The notes beneath the pieces were generated by a model. That model was not told the DNA's origin and ran no database searches. It saw only the letters and a program-made list of their open reading frames with translations. A DNA stretch of 45,213 nt from a virus (lineage: Duplodnaviria; Caudoviricetes). Shown here piece by piece: positions 1 to 10,300 of the stretch. The DNA is taken from IMG/VR virus record IMGVR_UViG_3300007973_000004, positions 1 to 45,213 of that record. One strand, written 5' to 3'. A program made the translations under genes and the position numbers. The stretch's first letter is position 1; every line of letters starts with the position of its first letter.

Positions 1-1
1 T

Positions 2-1585
2 AGTGGTAGTGCCAAAGGAAATGCCATTACCAGAAACAACGCCTTTATTGATGGATGCACGCACCGCTCCATCAGGACGTGCAAATGCTGCAATTTCTTC
101 AATAGCAGTATTATCACTTCCAGAGCGCACATCCAGCGTTGCACCAGGAGTCCAAGTGCCAAGATTTGTGCCAATCCCCACGAGACCAGATGCAGTGACA
201 CGCAAGCGCTCTACTACAGCAGTACCGCTGGGAGTGGTGGAAAAACGCAGGCTTGTAGGGCCACTGTCAGTGGCCCAAGTGCCATCAGCCACTGCTGAAA
301 TCTTGACACCTTCAATAAACTTAATCCCATCACTGCCGTTAAAACGAATGTTACCCAGAACGTCAGCCGATCCAATCGCTGGAGTGTAGGTGCCAATAGC
401 GCCACTGTCGGCGCGACAGAGAGAAAGACTTGGGCCAACGTCAGTACCAGCGCCCCAGTTTGCAATGACGTGTTGAGCTTGTGCTGAGCCTACCACATGT
501 GTTTGTACAAGTGGAAATGCCGACGTCGAAACTGGCGTTGCATACGAAACGCCTTGAGATCCGATTAATATTCTGCCAATAGAATCAATTCGCAGCCTTT
601 CAACAGTACCAGTGTTAAATGCAATATTGTCAGCAGTGCGAGCACCAGTAGAGCGAGTGACGCTTAGCCATGAACTGGCACTGTCAAACGCATCATTGAC
701 GCCCTCAAAACGAAGAATACTACCTTCTGCGCGGATACGCCAATGTTTTTCATCAGTGCCAGCATCTGTTTCGTCAAAAACGATCGCAGGAGTTGTAGAA
801 GCAATGTGCAGGTCATCAAGAGGATTATTTTCGCCAATTCCCACTCGCCCGTTGGAATCAATAAATAACTTGCCAGAGCTATTTGTTGCCAGCGCCACTG
901 TATTAGCGGCGCTAAGATAGAGACCATTTGTTGGCACTCCGCTGCTGGTAGGAATAAAGCTAGCGGCGGTACTGGTGCCAGTGGAAGTACGATTCTGGCT
1001 GCCAAAATCAGGGCTAATCTTTGTGCCAGCAATTGCTGCTGATGGATTTACATCGGCATTGACAATGGTACTATCAGCAATCATTGTGCTGGTAACAGTG
1101 CCAGTATCGCCAGTAGTTACAACTGTGCCAGTAATATTGGGCAAAGTAATTGTCTGATCAGCAGTAGGATTTACAACAGTTAGAACAGTCTCAAAACCAT
1201 CGTCAACACTGCCTTCAAAAATCAAAGTGGCTGCTGGTCCCATCGTCAGGGAGCCAGTCATCGTATCGCCAGTAACGTTTACAAATTCTCCACTTTCACT
1301 GCGCCATGCACTTCCATCCCACACCTTAAACACATGGGTGCCACCACTATTGTCCAGCCATTGCTCGCCAATTGAATTGCCAGAAGTGCCACCACTCGCT
1401 GGCGACACATTAGGCGCTCCACTTCCCACATGAACGGGACCAATCTTTACTACATTGCCAGCAGCGTCCTTAAAAAACAGGCCAGGACTGCCACTTGCCG
1501 TGTTGATGGCCAATTGGCCATCTGCCATGCCAGAAGCTTGAGGACGCTTATCGACAGTGGACGAACGAAGATGCTTAAGAGTCAT
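2..1585 (-). CDS. Tail fibre / receptor-binding protein, 3' end runs off the window (absent from the ORF track)
   Basis: Manual translation from ATG at 1585: MTLKHLRSSTVDKRPQASGMADGQLAINTASGSPGLFFKD...GEQWLDNSGG..KVWDGSAW..., open to position 2. Contains ERLRIDS.G/GRVGIG fibre motifs. The plus-strand ORFs here are antisense shadows. Confidence 0.85.
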   Translation of the reverse strand, partial: MTLKHLRSSTVDKRPQASGMADGQLAINTASGSPGLFFKDAAGNVVKIGPVHVGSGAPNVSPASGGTSGNSIGEQWLDNSGGTHVFKVWDGSAWRSESGEFVNVTGDTMTGSLTMGPAATLIFEGSVDDGFETVLTVVNPTADQTITLPNITGTVVTTGDTGTVTSTMIADSTIVNADVNPSAAIAGTKISPDFGSQNRTSTGTSTAASFIPTSSGVPTNGLYLSAANTVALATNSSGKLFIDSNGRVGIGENNPLDDLHIASTTPAIVFDETDAGTDEKHWRIRAEGSILRFEGVNDAFDSASSWLSVTRSTGARTADNIAFNTGTVERLRIDSIGRILIGSQGVSYATPVSTSAFPLVQTHVVGSAQAQHVIANWGAGTDVGPSLSLCRADSGAIGTYTPAIGSADVLGNIRFNGSDGIKFIEGVKISAVADGTWATDSGPTSLRFSTTPSGTAVVERLRVTASGLVGIGTNLGTWTPGATLDVRSGSDNTAIEEIAAFARPDGAVRASINKGVVSGNGISFGTTT

Positions 1586-1651
1586 GATTAAGACTGTCTC
1601 TTAACGCTTTACAGCCGAGACTAATTTCTTAATCAGTCTAATTATCTTGCG

Positions 1652-4600
1652 TCAATATGTGCCGTCATCAATGGTGGCATTAATGGTTCCAGCCGAGAAA
1701 TTACCACTTGCATCTCGTGCGACAATCGCATTAACAGTGTTGGCGCTAGTAGCAGTGGTGGCACTATTGCTCACTTTACCAGCCGTGGAGATGGTGGAAA
1801 GCTTCGTATCAGCAATACTGCCAGCAAGCATTGCATTGGTGACAGTGCCAGTGTCTCCATTTGTAATGACAGTGCCAGAGACGTTTGGCAATGTAATAGT
1901 ATTGTCGGCAGTAGGATTAGCAACGGTTAACGTGGTTTCAAACGCATCATTACTTGTGCCTTCAAAAATAATGGTAACGTTCGTGCCAAGCTCCAAGCTG
2001 CCAGTGAGCGTGCCTCCAGCTTTTGGCAATGCTGCATTGGCCAGGTCATAGGCGCTCTTCACTGCCGTGGGAGTGGCAGCTAGTACAGAGCTTGTAGTGG
2101 AGGTGCTATCGCTCAGTTGCACCACTCCAACAGCGCTAGTAGTGGCCCCGCTGATCGTAATATGAGGAGTGGTGGTGCCACTAGCTACAGACAATGGTGC
2201 TGTGGCATGCACGCTTAGAACAGTGCCGCTTGCTGGCACCAGCCATTCCAATCCAGTGGTGGTGGCAGAATTGGCAGTAAGCACTCGGCCATTTGAGCCA
2301 ACAGTCAGCTTGGCAAATCCAGCAGTGCCAGAAGCTGCAAGCAAGTCGCCCTTCGTGTAAGAAGCAAATCCTGTGCCACCATAAGCAGGACTGAGAATAC
2401 CACTTGCCACATTGTTAAGATTGCGACATTCGTTATTAACTTCCTCAAGAGCGGCTTGTACATTACTGGCTCCTATAGTTCCACCAGGGGTGAAGGAAAC
2501 TTGCGAGGCACTTTGCGCCACGTAAGTGGAACTAACGTCAATGTGAACCCAAGCACTACCGTTGCAAAGAATAATATCTGGCGGCTGCAGGGGGTCAGTG
2601 GGCGCTGGCGACGTACCAGTGCCACCACTTGCCACTACAACGTAATATTTGTTGAAAGTAATTGATGGGGCGGGAAGTGGCTGCCCAACGGACAGCCCAA
2701 TAGCAGTGCCTTCTCCAGTGACAGAAGCAATAGTATTGCCACTTGCGTTGTAGGTGCCAGCAAAAACAATTTCGCCAACGCTAATCCCCACGGGGTTCCA
2801 AACGTTGCCATCCCATAAGTAGAGATCTTTGGACAGGGGATTGAAGAAATTTTGTCCAATAAAATCTGCAACAGGAAGCGTTTCGCCAAACTGAGTGGTG
2901 GAATAGTTACCAAGATTTGGTCCAAACACGGCATCAGCACCAATCAAGGCATTGCCAAATGTGCCAGTGGTAATCTTGCTCGCATCCAAGGAAGGAATAT
3001 CCTCCACTGCCAATGACGCAGCTCCAGAACTGACATGCCCTTGGCCGTCCACTTGCACCTTGTAATAGACGCCACTTGCCACAGTGTTACTATGGTTCAG
3101 AGTGGAACCAGCCATTGCAAGACCAGCGCCAGCAATCACTGCGCCCTTCGTGCTGGAAGTGGCATCAGGAAGATCGCTGCCGATGAGAGCCCTAAACGAT
3201 GGAGTAGCATTGCTTCCACTTGCAGGACCAGCAAATATAATATTTGTGCCTTGCGTATTTAACGATGCTGTGATTACAGCAGAATATTCATCGGGATAAG
3301 CAGTAGTGAACGAATATACGCTATCTCCAGAAGCAACAATGGTATTGAGGGCAGACTGTTGCAGCCATTCAGTACCAGTCCAAGTGTACTCAAGAGCATT
3401 ATTAGTGTTCACCCATTGCTGGCCAATGAATGCGCCACTTGCGCTAGGTGAAGATGCGGCTACGACAGAAGCACTTTGATCAGCTAATTTTGCTGCCGTG
3501 ATAGCACCACTTGCCACTTTCACAGTGGTAATTGCATTGCTGGCAACTTTATCTGCGACAATTGCACTGTTGGCAATAGTGGCAGCGAATGTACCAGTGC
3601 CAGTGCCTGTAATGTCACCAGTGAGAGTAATTGTCTGATCGCCAGTATTTGTACCAGTGGAAGTGCCAGAAAAATCGCCGTTGATAACGGCCAAGGTGCC
3701 AAGACCAAGAGTGGCACGAATGTCTGCAATGGAGGCATCGTCCAGAATAGAGCGAGCAGCAGCAGTGCAAGGAATTTCTTCTACATTTCCGCCACTCGCC
3801 GTGGCACGACCAAGCAATACATTACTCTGAGAAGTCTGAGCAAGCTTGCTGTAGGAAACCGCATTTGCTGCAATTTTTGAAGAGACAATGCTGCCATCAA
3901 GAATGGCATCTGCTGTCACTGCATTGCCCGAGATGTCACCACTTCCAATGGAAAGAGCATTTAATAGTGCGACACTACCCAGTCCAAGGGCATTGCGCAT
4001 GCCACTGATAGTTGGGGAGGCAACCACGCTTCGTGCCGCGCTCGAGAACGGAGCGCTTGTAATCGCGCCAGAAGCCGTAGTGTGAAAGAAAAGATCAGTG
4101 CCGCTTGCGGCAGTGGCAATATTCGCTAGCGAAGAGCTATAGGCCTGAACATCAGCGCCAATAGCAAGACCAAGATTGGTGCGAGCATCAGAAGCAGTGG
4201 AAGCTCCAGTGCCACCATCCGCAATGGCCAAGTCAGTAATGGCAACAATTGTACCACCACTAATTGTTACATTATTTGCTCCCAGAGTAACATTGCTAAT
4301 AGTGCCGCCAGAAATAGAAACGCTACCAGCATCTTGCGTCGAAATAGTGCCAAGACCAATGGTAGAGCGGACTTGGCTAGCAGTAGATCCAGAGACAATG
4401 GAACGGGCAAAGCTCGTAAAAGCAGTGGCGCTAACTACGCCAGATGCACTTGCATAGACAAGCCTATCGCCAATGTTAAATTGCGATGCGACGGAAGAAA
4501 GTACAGCACTATAACCCTGTACGTCAGTGCCAATTGCTAAGCCCAGATTACTTCTGGCATCGGATGCAGTGGATGCACCAGTACCACCATCGCCAATCGC

Positions 4601-5494
4601 CAAATCAGTGATGCCAGAAATGGCGCCACCAGAAATATCAACGCTACTGGATGCGAAAGTAACGCCAGCAATGACGCCACCAGAAATGCCCACGCTGCTC
4701 GCGTCTTGAACAGCAATGGTGCCAAGGCCAAGAGTAGAACGCACTCCAGATGCCGATGCTCCACTGATCACTGCCAAGCCAGTAGTTCCGACACTTCCCG
4801 TGGTAACCACACCAGATGCCGATGAATAGGCAAAAACATTTGCCGCATCAAACGCTCCAGCCACTTGACTAAGATTTGAGCTGTAAGCTTGAACATTCGT
4901 TCCAATGGTCAGGCCAAGATTGGCCCTGGCATCGCTAGCCGTAGATGCTCCAGTGCCGCCATCTGCAATGGCAAGGTCAGTGATGCCACTGATGGTGCCA
5001 CCAGAAATGGTGACAGCTCCAGAAACAAAGGTGACCCCACTGATGGTGCCTCCTGAAACGACCACGCTTCCTGCGTCCTGAGAAGCGAGTGTCCCAAGTA
5101 TGGGAAGCCCAGTCAGGCTCGCATAGGTGCCGCTGGTAGCCACTGCGGCGAGGCCTGTAACGCTGCTGGCGGCAATGAGGATGGGAACGCCAGTGGCCGT
5201 TGTGATGAGACCTTGATTATTGACTACGAACTGTGCAACAGTAGCGGCGTTGCCATAGGTGCCGCTCGCAACGCCAGTATTGTCAAGAAATGAAGCTGAA
5301 AGTTTTGTGGCGGAATTTGGGTTGAGCTTGGAAAGATCAATGAAATATGACGGCGCTCCACTAATGCCATAAGTAAGCAAGCTCTCCACTGAAACTTGCT
5401 TAGTTTCTCCTGCACTTAGATCTACAATGGGCAGAACATCTGACTGAGAAAGATCAGCAGAAAGTTCAACAAGCTCAGAAATACGAACAGTCAT
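1652..5494 (-). CDS. Long Ser/Thr/Gly/Ala-rich tail fibre protein (1280 aa)
   Basis: Phage fibre repeat GVVQLSDSTSTTSSVLAATPTAVKSAYDLANAALPKAGGTLTG, repeated LAIADGGTGAST..ARxNLGL motifs, position in tail module. Confidence 0.85.
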   Translation of the reverse strand: MTVRISELVELSADLSQSDVLPIVDLSAGETKQVSVESLLTYGISGAPSYFIDLSKLNPNSATKLSASFLDNTGVASGTYGNAATVAQFVVNNQGLITTATGVPILIAASSVTGLAAVATSGTYASLTGLPILGTLASQDAGSVVVSGGTISGVTFVSGAVTISGGTISGITDLAIADGGTGASTASDARANLGLTIGTNVQAYSSNLSQVAGAFDAANVFAYSSASGVVTTGSVGTTGLAVISGASASGVRSTLGLGTIAVQDASSVGISGGVIAGVTFASSSVDISGGAISGITDLAIGDGGTGASTASDARSNLGLAIGTDVQGYSAVLSSVASQFNIGDRLVYASASGVVSATAFTSFARSIVSGSTASQVRSTIGLGTISTQDAGSVSISGGTISNVTLGANNVTISGGTIVAITDLAIADGGTGASTASDARTNLGLAIGADVQAYSSSLANIATAASGTDLFFHTTASGAITSAPFSSAARSVVASPTISGMRNALGLGSVALLNALSIGSGDISGNAVTADAILDGSIVSSKIAANAVSYSKLAQTSQSNVLLGRATASGGNVEEIPCTAAARSILDDASIADIRATLGLGTLAVINGDFSGTSTGTNTGDQTITLTGDITGTGTGTFAATIANSAIVADKVASNAITTVKVASGAITAAKLADQSASVVAASSPSASGAFIGQQWVNTNNALEYTWTGTEWLQQSALNTIVASGDSVYSFTTAYPDEYSAVITASLNTQGTNIIFAGPASGSNATPSFRALIGSDLPDATSSTKGAVIAGAGLAMAGSTLNHSNTVASGVYYKVQVDGQGHVSSGAASLAVEDIPSLDASKITTGTFGNALIGADAVFGPNLGNYSTTQFGETLPVADFIGQNFFNPLSKDLYLWDGNVWNPVGISVGEIVFAGTYNASGNTIASVTGEGTAIGLSVGQPLPAPSITFNKYYVVVASGGTGTSPAPTDPLQPPDIILCNGSAWVHIDVSSTYVAQSASQVSFTPGGTIGASNVQAALEEVNNECRNLNNVASGILSPAYGGTGFASYTKGDLLAASGTAGFAKLTVGSNGRVLTANSATTTGLEWLVPASGTVLSVHATAPLSVASGTTTPHITISGATTSAVGVVQLSDSTSTTSSVLAATPTAVKSAYDLANAALPKAGGTLTGSLELGTNVTIIFEGTSNDAFETTLTVANPTADNTITLPNVSGTVITNGDTGTVTNAMLAGSIADTKLSTISTAGKVSNSATTATSANTVNAIVARDASGNFSAGTINATIDDGTY
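3960..5120 (-). repeat. Three ~372-bp (124-aa) intragenic repeats in the long fibre gene, boundaries approximate
   Basis: ITDLAI(A/G)DGGTGASTASDAR.NLGL.IG..VQ.YS recurs with its TCAGT core at 4977, 4605 and 4233 (372-bp period). Confidence 0.85.
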
Positions 5495-5495
5495 T

Positions 5496-6428
5496 CTAGT
5501 CTGTCTCCCTTAGAACACCAAGCTGTTCCAGCGTAGATTCATTGCCAATGCTAACATTATTTTCCGTTGTCAATTCAACAGGACTGTCGCCCACTCTCAA
5601 TGCAAACTCACCAGAAGTGATGAAATCAAAACTACATTCTGCAATTTGATCTGCCCTAACAGTGAGGGCAGAACTTGTCAGCATGCCCTCCACTTCATAG
5701 TACACGCCCTCGTTGGCTTCATATCCAGGAGGTTGTGGAAGCCCTGGCTCTAAGATATAAAATCGCCCAGCAAATTTGCTTCCCACTTCAATCTTTTGAA
5801 TGAGCTGAGACAATGCAAGGGGAATTTCTTCGCCAGTTAGATTCTTGAAATCAAAGAGGCAGTCAACACTTCCACTGCCGCTAATTGCACTAGCGGAAAA
5901 TTGCTTGTATTTATTTCCTAGCGCAGTTGTATCAATGGATTCCCTGTCCGTTGTAATTTGAAAGCCTTGCACTTGCCCCAGCTCGTTGTAAGCGCCAGGA
6001 AGTAAATTAATGGTGATAGGCCATGACTGACTACCACTTGGCTTGCTCAACGGAATGGCAGTATAGCGAGCCCCTGGATTTGATAGTGCATCAGCAAAAT
6101 TGCGGTACATGCGAATGGCACCCATCCTGTCCACATTGGCAAAAAATTCCAACGGAAGGATGCTGGCGCCAGGATTATCCACGTACTGAGTATTCAGCAC
6201 GCTTTTATACCAACGGAATGGTAAGCCCCTGGCATCTTTAGTCGTAATTCTTACGCGGTCTCCAGTAGTGATTGTGCCGAAGGGGAGATCAACTCCACCT
6301 TGAAGACCAAGAGTAAAGCGCTTTCTTGTCACGTCTAAATCGGAGGCGTTGATACTACAATCAATGCTCTCGGACGAGCCAATGCGTTTAAATTGAATAC
6401 TCCCGTAATGACCAGCAAAAACCGTCAT
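5496..6428 (-). CDS. Tail-tube-fold-like minor tail protein with inserted domain (310 aa)
   Basis: GQVQGFQITTDRESIDTTALG..KQF..ISGSGSVDC and C-terminal LTSSALTV...ECSFDFITSG resemble siphovirus tube-protein strands. Confidence 0.6.
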   Translation of the reverse strand: MTVFAGHYGSIQFKRIGSSESIDCSINASDLDVTRKRFTLGLQGGVDLPFGTITTGDRVRITTKDARGLPFRWYKSVLNTQYVDNPGASILPLEFFANVDRMGAIRMYRNFADALSNPGARYTAIPLSKPSGSQSWPITINLLPGAYNELGQVQGFQITTDRESIDTTALGNKYKQFSASAISGSGSVDCLFDFKNLTGEEIPLALSQLIQKIEVGSKFAGRFYILEPGLPQPPGYEANEGVYYEVEGMLTSSALTVRADQIAECSFDFITSGEFALRVGDSPVELTTENNVSIGNESTLEQLGVLRETD

Positions 6429-6444
6429 AACTCTTACACTTTAA

Positions 6445-7254
6445 TTAAAGCGTAATCGCTCCAGGCCTGTTAGGCACGTCAAGCAATGGACCGTCGACCG
6501 TAAAGGAAGTATTAACAGTTACCACCTCTCCGTAGCTAACGCTCACACTCGCGCTCGTAATGTAAGCATTGAACATAAAATTAGTTTTGCCAACCTCAGT
6601 GCCTAAGTCCAAATTATAAACGCCACCATCTACCGCTAGGTTCATAATTACACGAGGCGCCACATCTCTGGGGAACAAGATATTAACAAGTTCATAAATA
6701 TCTTTCATTGAACCACCACCGTAGGCATTCAAATCGTCCTCGTAGAACATCAAAGTGGCGCTACCGTCTCCAGACGTAATTGAAGGTGCATAAGTCTTGG
6801 TCACATCGCCCAGTGCAGTAGTTTCAATGACTTCACTAGTGCTATTGTAAGACCAGTCGCGAATTTTTGCAACACGATAGTTATTGGTGGTTAGCTCTGC
6901 CTCGCTGTCAATACCGACTGTCTGCACTGATCCAACTTCGAAATCACTGGTCATCCGCACCCAGGTGTTACTTGCGTACCTGGCTAGATAAATTATCGTA
7001 TTGGCTTCATATCCAGAACCACCACCAGTGGGGGTAAATGTGCAAGAGCGTGTAGTGGCAACCGTTGTAACTGCATTCTTAGCCTGAAATTCTGCGCCAC
7101 TACCAGCCCCACTCACCGTGATAGCAGTTAGTTTAACTCCAGCGGTAATAGCCTGACCAGCAATAATGTTCAATGTGCGATCGGCGGCGCTCAGTCCGCT
7201 GGACTGCCTGCGTGCAATGTACACGCGACCGTTATTTCCCGTATAGATTGCCAT
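6445..7254 (-). CDS. Tail-tube-fold-like minor tail protein with inserted domain (269 aa)
   Basis: AKIRDWSYNSTSEVIETTALGD..KTY...SGDGSATL and AYITSASVSVSYGEVVTVNTSFTVDG. Confidence 0.65.
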   Translation of the reverse strand: MAIYTGNNGRVYIARRQSSGLSAADRTLNIIAGQAITAGVKLTAITVSGAGSGAEFQAKNAVTTVATTRSCTFTPTGGGSGYEANTIIYLARYASNTWVRMTSDFEVGSVQTVGIDSEAELTTNNYRVAKIRDWSYNSTSEVIETTALGDVTKTYAPSITSGDGSATLMFYEDDLNAYGGGSMKDIYELVNILFPRDVAPRVIMNLAVDGGVYNLDLGTEVGKTNFMFNAYITSASVSVSYGEVVTVNTSFTVDGPLLDVPNRPGAITL

Positions 7255-7304
7255 GTGGCCAGTGTAATCTTTTGTTTTATGCTAGCCGATCTGGAGAACG
7301 TGTG

Positions 7305-10300
7305 TCAACTAATCTTGTAGATGGCTGGATTCCTATCGAAGTATGCGATCATGCTCTTTGTTTGGCCGCCTTCTTCAATACACTGATGTTCCACTGCTTT
7401 CACGCTCACTTCGCCTTCTTCTCCCATTGCAATCTCCACCACGCGAAAAACTCTCTTGCTGCTCACTTGAGAACCTAGGACAAATAGCGCTCCAGTGCCA
7501 GCATATGCAGCAAACGCAGAAGATTGCCCATTCGTATATGTGATGCTTGCCTTGACTGGCGATGCTCCAGGCTTGTAAATTAATGTGTCATACGTGCCAT
7601 TGATCACTTCATCTGCAAAAGGAACATTGATGGTGCCATCATCCAAGACGCTACCCGAGCGAATATCATCCCACTTATTGTCATCCACTTGCACATAGAT
7701 GTAGGCCCCTGGTGCAATGGGAGCCTCAGTGGGGAATGTCTGGAATTCAACAGCTCTGCGAGAGTAGCGTCGCTGCCTGACCAGAAGCATCGCATAGTCA
7801 ATGGCTTGGTCCCTGTTTGTCACAAATGCGGATAGATCGAAAGTACGACGAGATGCCACATTCTCCAATGCATCTGCAAGTTGCACTGTCACGCTGGTAT
7901 TGCGAGGGAATGGCTGATTGGAAGCCTGATCGCGATAGACGACAGTTGCAATGAGATCTTGGGTGCTTTCCCCATAATCCAAGAATTCCTCCTTATAACT
8001 TCCTTCCAGGATATTTCCTTGGTTGAACAATGCGGAAATAGTTACATTGCGAGTGCGAGTGCCATCACCAGTTACTGGCACTGCAGGAATCAAGGTTTCC
8101 TTCCCTCCAATGCGAGCCAACTCCAGCAGACTGTAAGGAGCCACTTCACTCCAGAATGATCGCCAAGATGTTCTATCGGCAATTACTCCGTCCATGTAGT
8201 ATTTGTATTTATTGCAGAATGCCTTGGCCAATGCCAAGCCTCCAATATCCACTCGGTCTTGAATGAGAGCCTGTATTCCAGTGGTTTTAGAATTTGCATC
8301 TAAATATTGACCAATGCCATTGACGCCATCAATGATAGTGTCAAGGAAGATATCTGGAGCGAAGCAAGACGCACCATCTGGACTGTCTGGGAACGATGGA
8401 GGAGAAAGTTGAATGGTTCTCACTTTCTTCCCTTTGTTTACCAGCACGCTTAAATTACGCATGTTGGTAAGGCCAGCGGAACTATATGCATTGAGGCCAA
8501 TCAATGACATATTGTCATACAACTCAGGAGTGGCGGTCTCGTATTGCTGCTCAGAAACGGCAGTGATTTTAAATTCTGGTCCAGCGTCAAAAGAAAACTG
8601 CATAGAAGTGTCAGAACGTACAGAATAAATACTCCATTCGTCCACTCCGTAGGGACTATCGTTCTTTGCTGGCAAATTATTCTTATTAGGTTTTGGATTT
8701 CTGCGATAACCCCTGTAGTAAAAAATGCCCTCTGTTTTTGAACCTGCAACTGCTGGGTCAATTTTCTTGGCACTTTCCCTGCTTTCCAAATAGACAAAAT
8801 CAAGCTCTGTTCCCTTTTTCTTAGCTTCAGACGGCGCATCAAAAATAGGTTCAATCTTAAATTCCCACTTGCTACGCTCTGTTCCAGCAGGCGCCTTGAA
8901 AGTTAAAGGAACAAACACTTCCTTGTCAAATGTGCGTCTCACGCAGAAAATAACATTAGGGCATTCCCATCCTTCCTCCTTCTCTCGCTGTTCTGCCGTG
9001 GCGCTAGATGCATTCCTGTAATACACCATGAACATGGCTGTCCGTGGCTTGAAGCCATTGTCTGCATCTTTGTATTTCTCGGCCCTTGTTTCTGCGTACT
9101 TGCTGGCACGACCTTGAATTCGCATGAAAACACGCGCCTTGATTGCAAAATGTACCAGATCAATTGGCGACAATGTTTCGTAGGTGGCATTAACCACTTT
9201 TGCTAGGCACTTGGTGCCGAGGTAGTCATTAAAAGAGTTGGAATTATTTAAATCCGAAAGGACTTGCTTTAACTCATCGGTTTTTACTTTTATTGCATCG
9301 TCTAAGTCCTTAATCTTTTTGTCATATGCGGCTTGATCTATTTGGCCAACAGCCGCCACTTGGGATTGCAAGTAGTTAAGGGCTTTGATAAGTTTGCGTA
9401 ATTTCTTCCTCTCAATGTTTGCCTTTACATCTGGATTGTTCAGGTCTGGGAACGAACTGCGATCTACCTGGATCAGGCCCTCGAATTGATACTGAATGCC
9501 GCCTGCGCCGTAGGCAAGCTCTCGAGCTTTGTTTAATTGGTCGGCAACAACGCCCTCAGCCACTCCATACTCTTGAATGGATTGAGATAGCTTGCTTCGC
9601 CGCTGCTTCAAGCTTGCTTTTGCATTTTTAATCTCCTCTCTTTTTGCATCCTTTCTTAGTCTCAATCTGCGTCTTTTGTCTTCGTCCCCCTTTGCGTCGG
9701 CAATTTCCTCCACGATCGCATCAAGATCATTTCTAAGGTTTTCAATATGATTCTCGCTATTTTGAACTTCCTCAGCAAAAGTAACGACCACTCGGTCAAA
9801 ATAATTTTGGGATGCCAGGACTAGCTCGTCCATCTGGCTGTAGTTTCGCCTAAAAGACACAACAGCCTCGTACAAATCTTCAACCGTTTCAGTGGCATTG
9901 TAAAGCTTTTTTAAAATTCTCGCCTGCTTTGCAGTGAGATCAGTGACAAAATAGTCTGTAATCTTGATGGTGCTTTTTTGCGTTTGCAAAGACGCGATCT
10001 CATTGTTTAATTTTTTCCTTCTGTCTTCAAGCTCTTTTTCCTGTTCTTGTGTGTCCTCCGTGCCATAGTCTTCCCATGGGCCATAGCCAGCCTCAATGCA
10101 TTCAATGGTTGCAGTGAGGTTTTGAGTGTCAAGAGCCGCATCCCCACTCACATTAATCACTTGAAACTTGGCGCTTCCAAGCTTGTAAAAAGAACCTAGT
10201 TCAATTGATTCTGCACACGCATATCTAATCTCATTGGACAGATTGTCTGCCTCGTTATCACTTCTTTCCGTTTTAACTTTCTGTATTTGAAGCTTAAGCT

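Noticed and set aside
1-5494. Diversity-generating retroelement acting on fibres
   Set aside because: No reverse transcriptase and no adenine-specific template/variable repeat pair seen in the window
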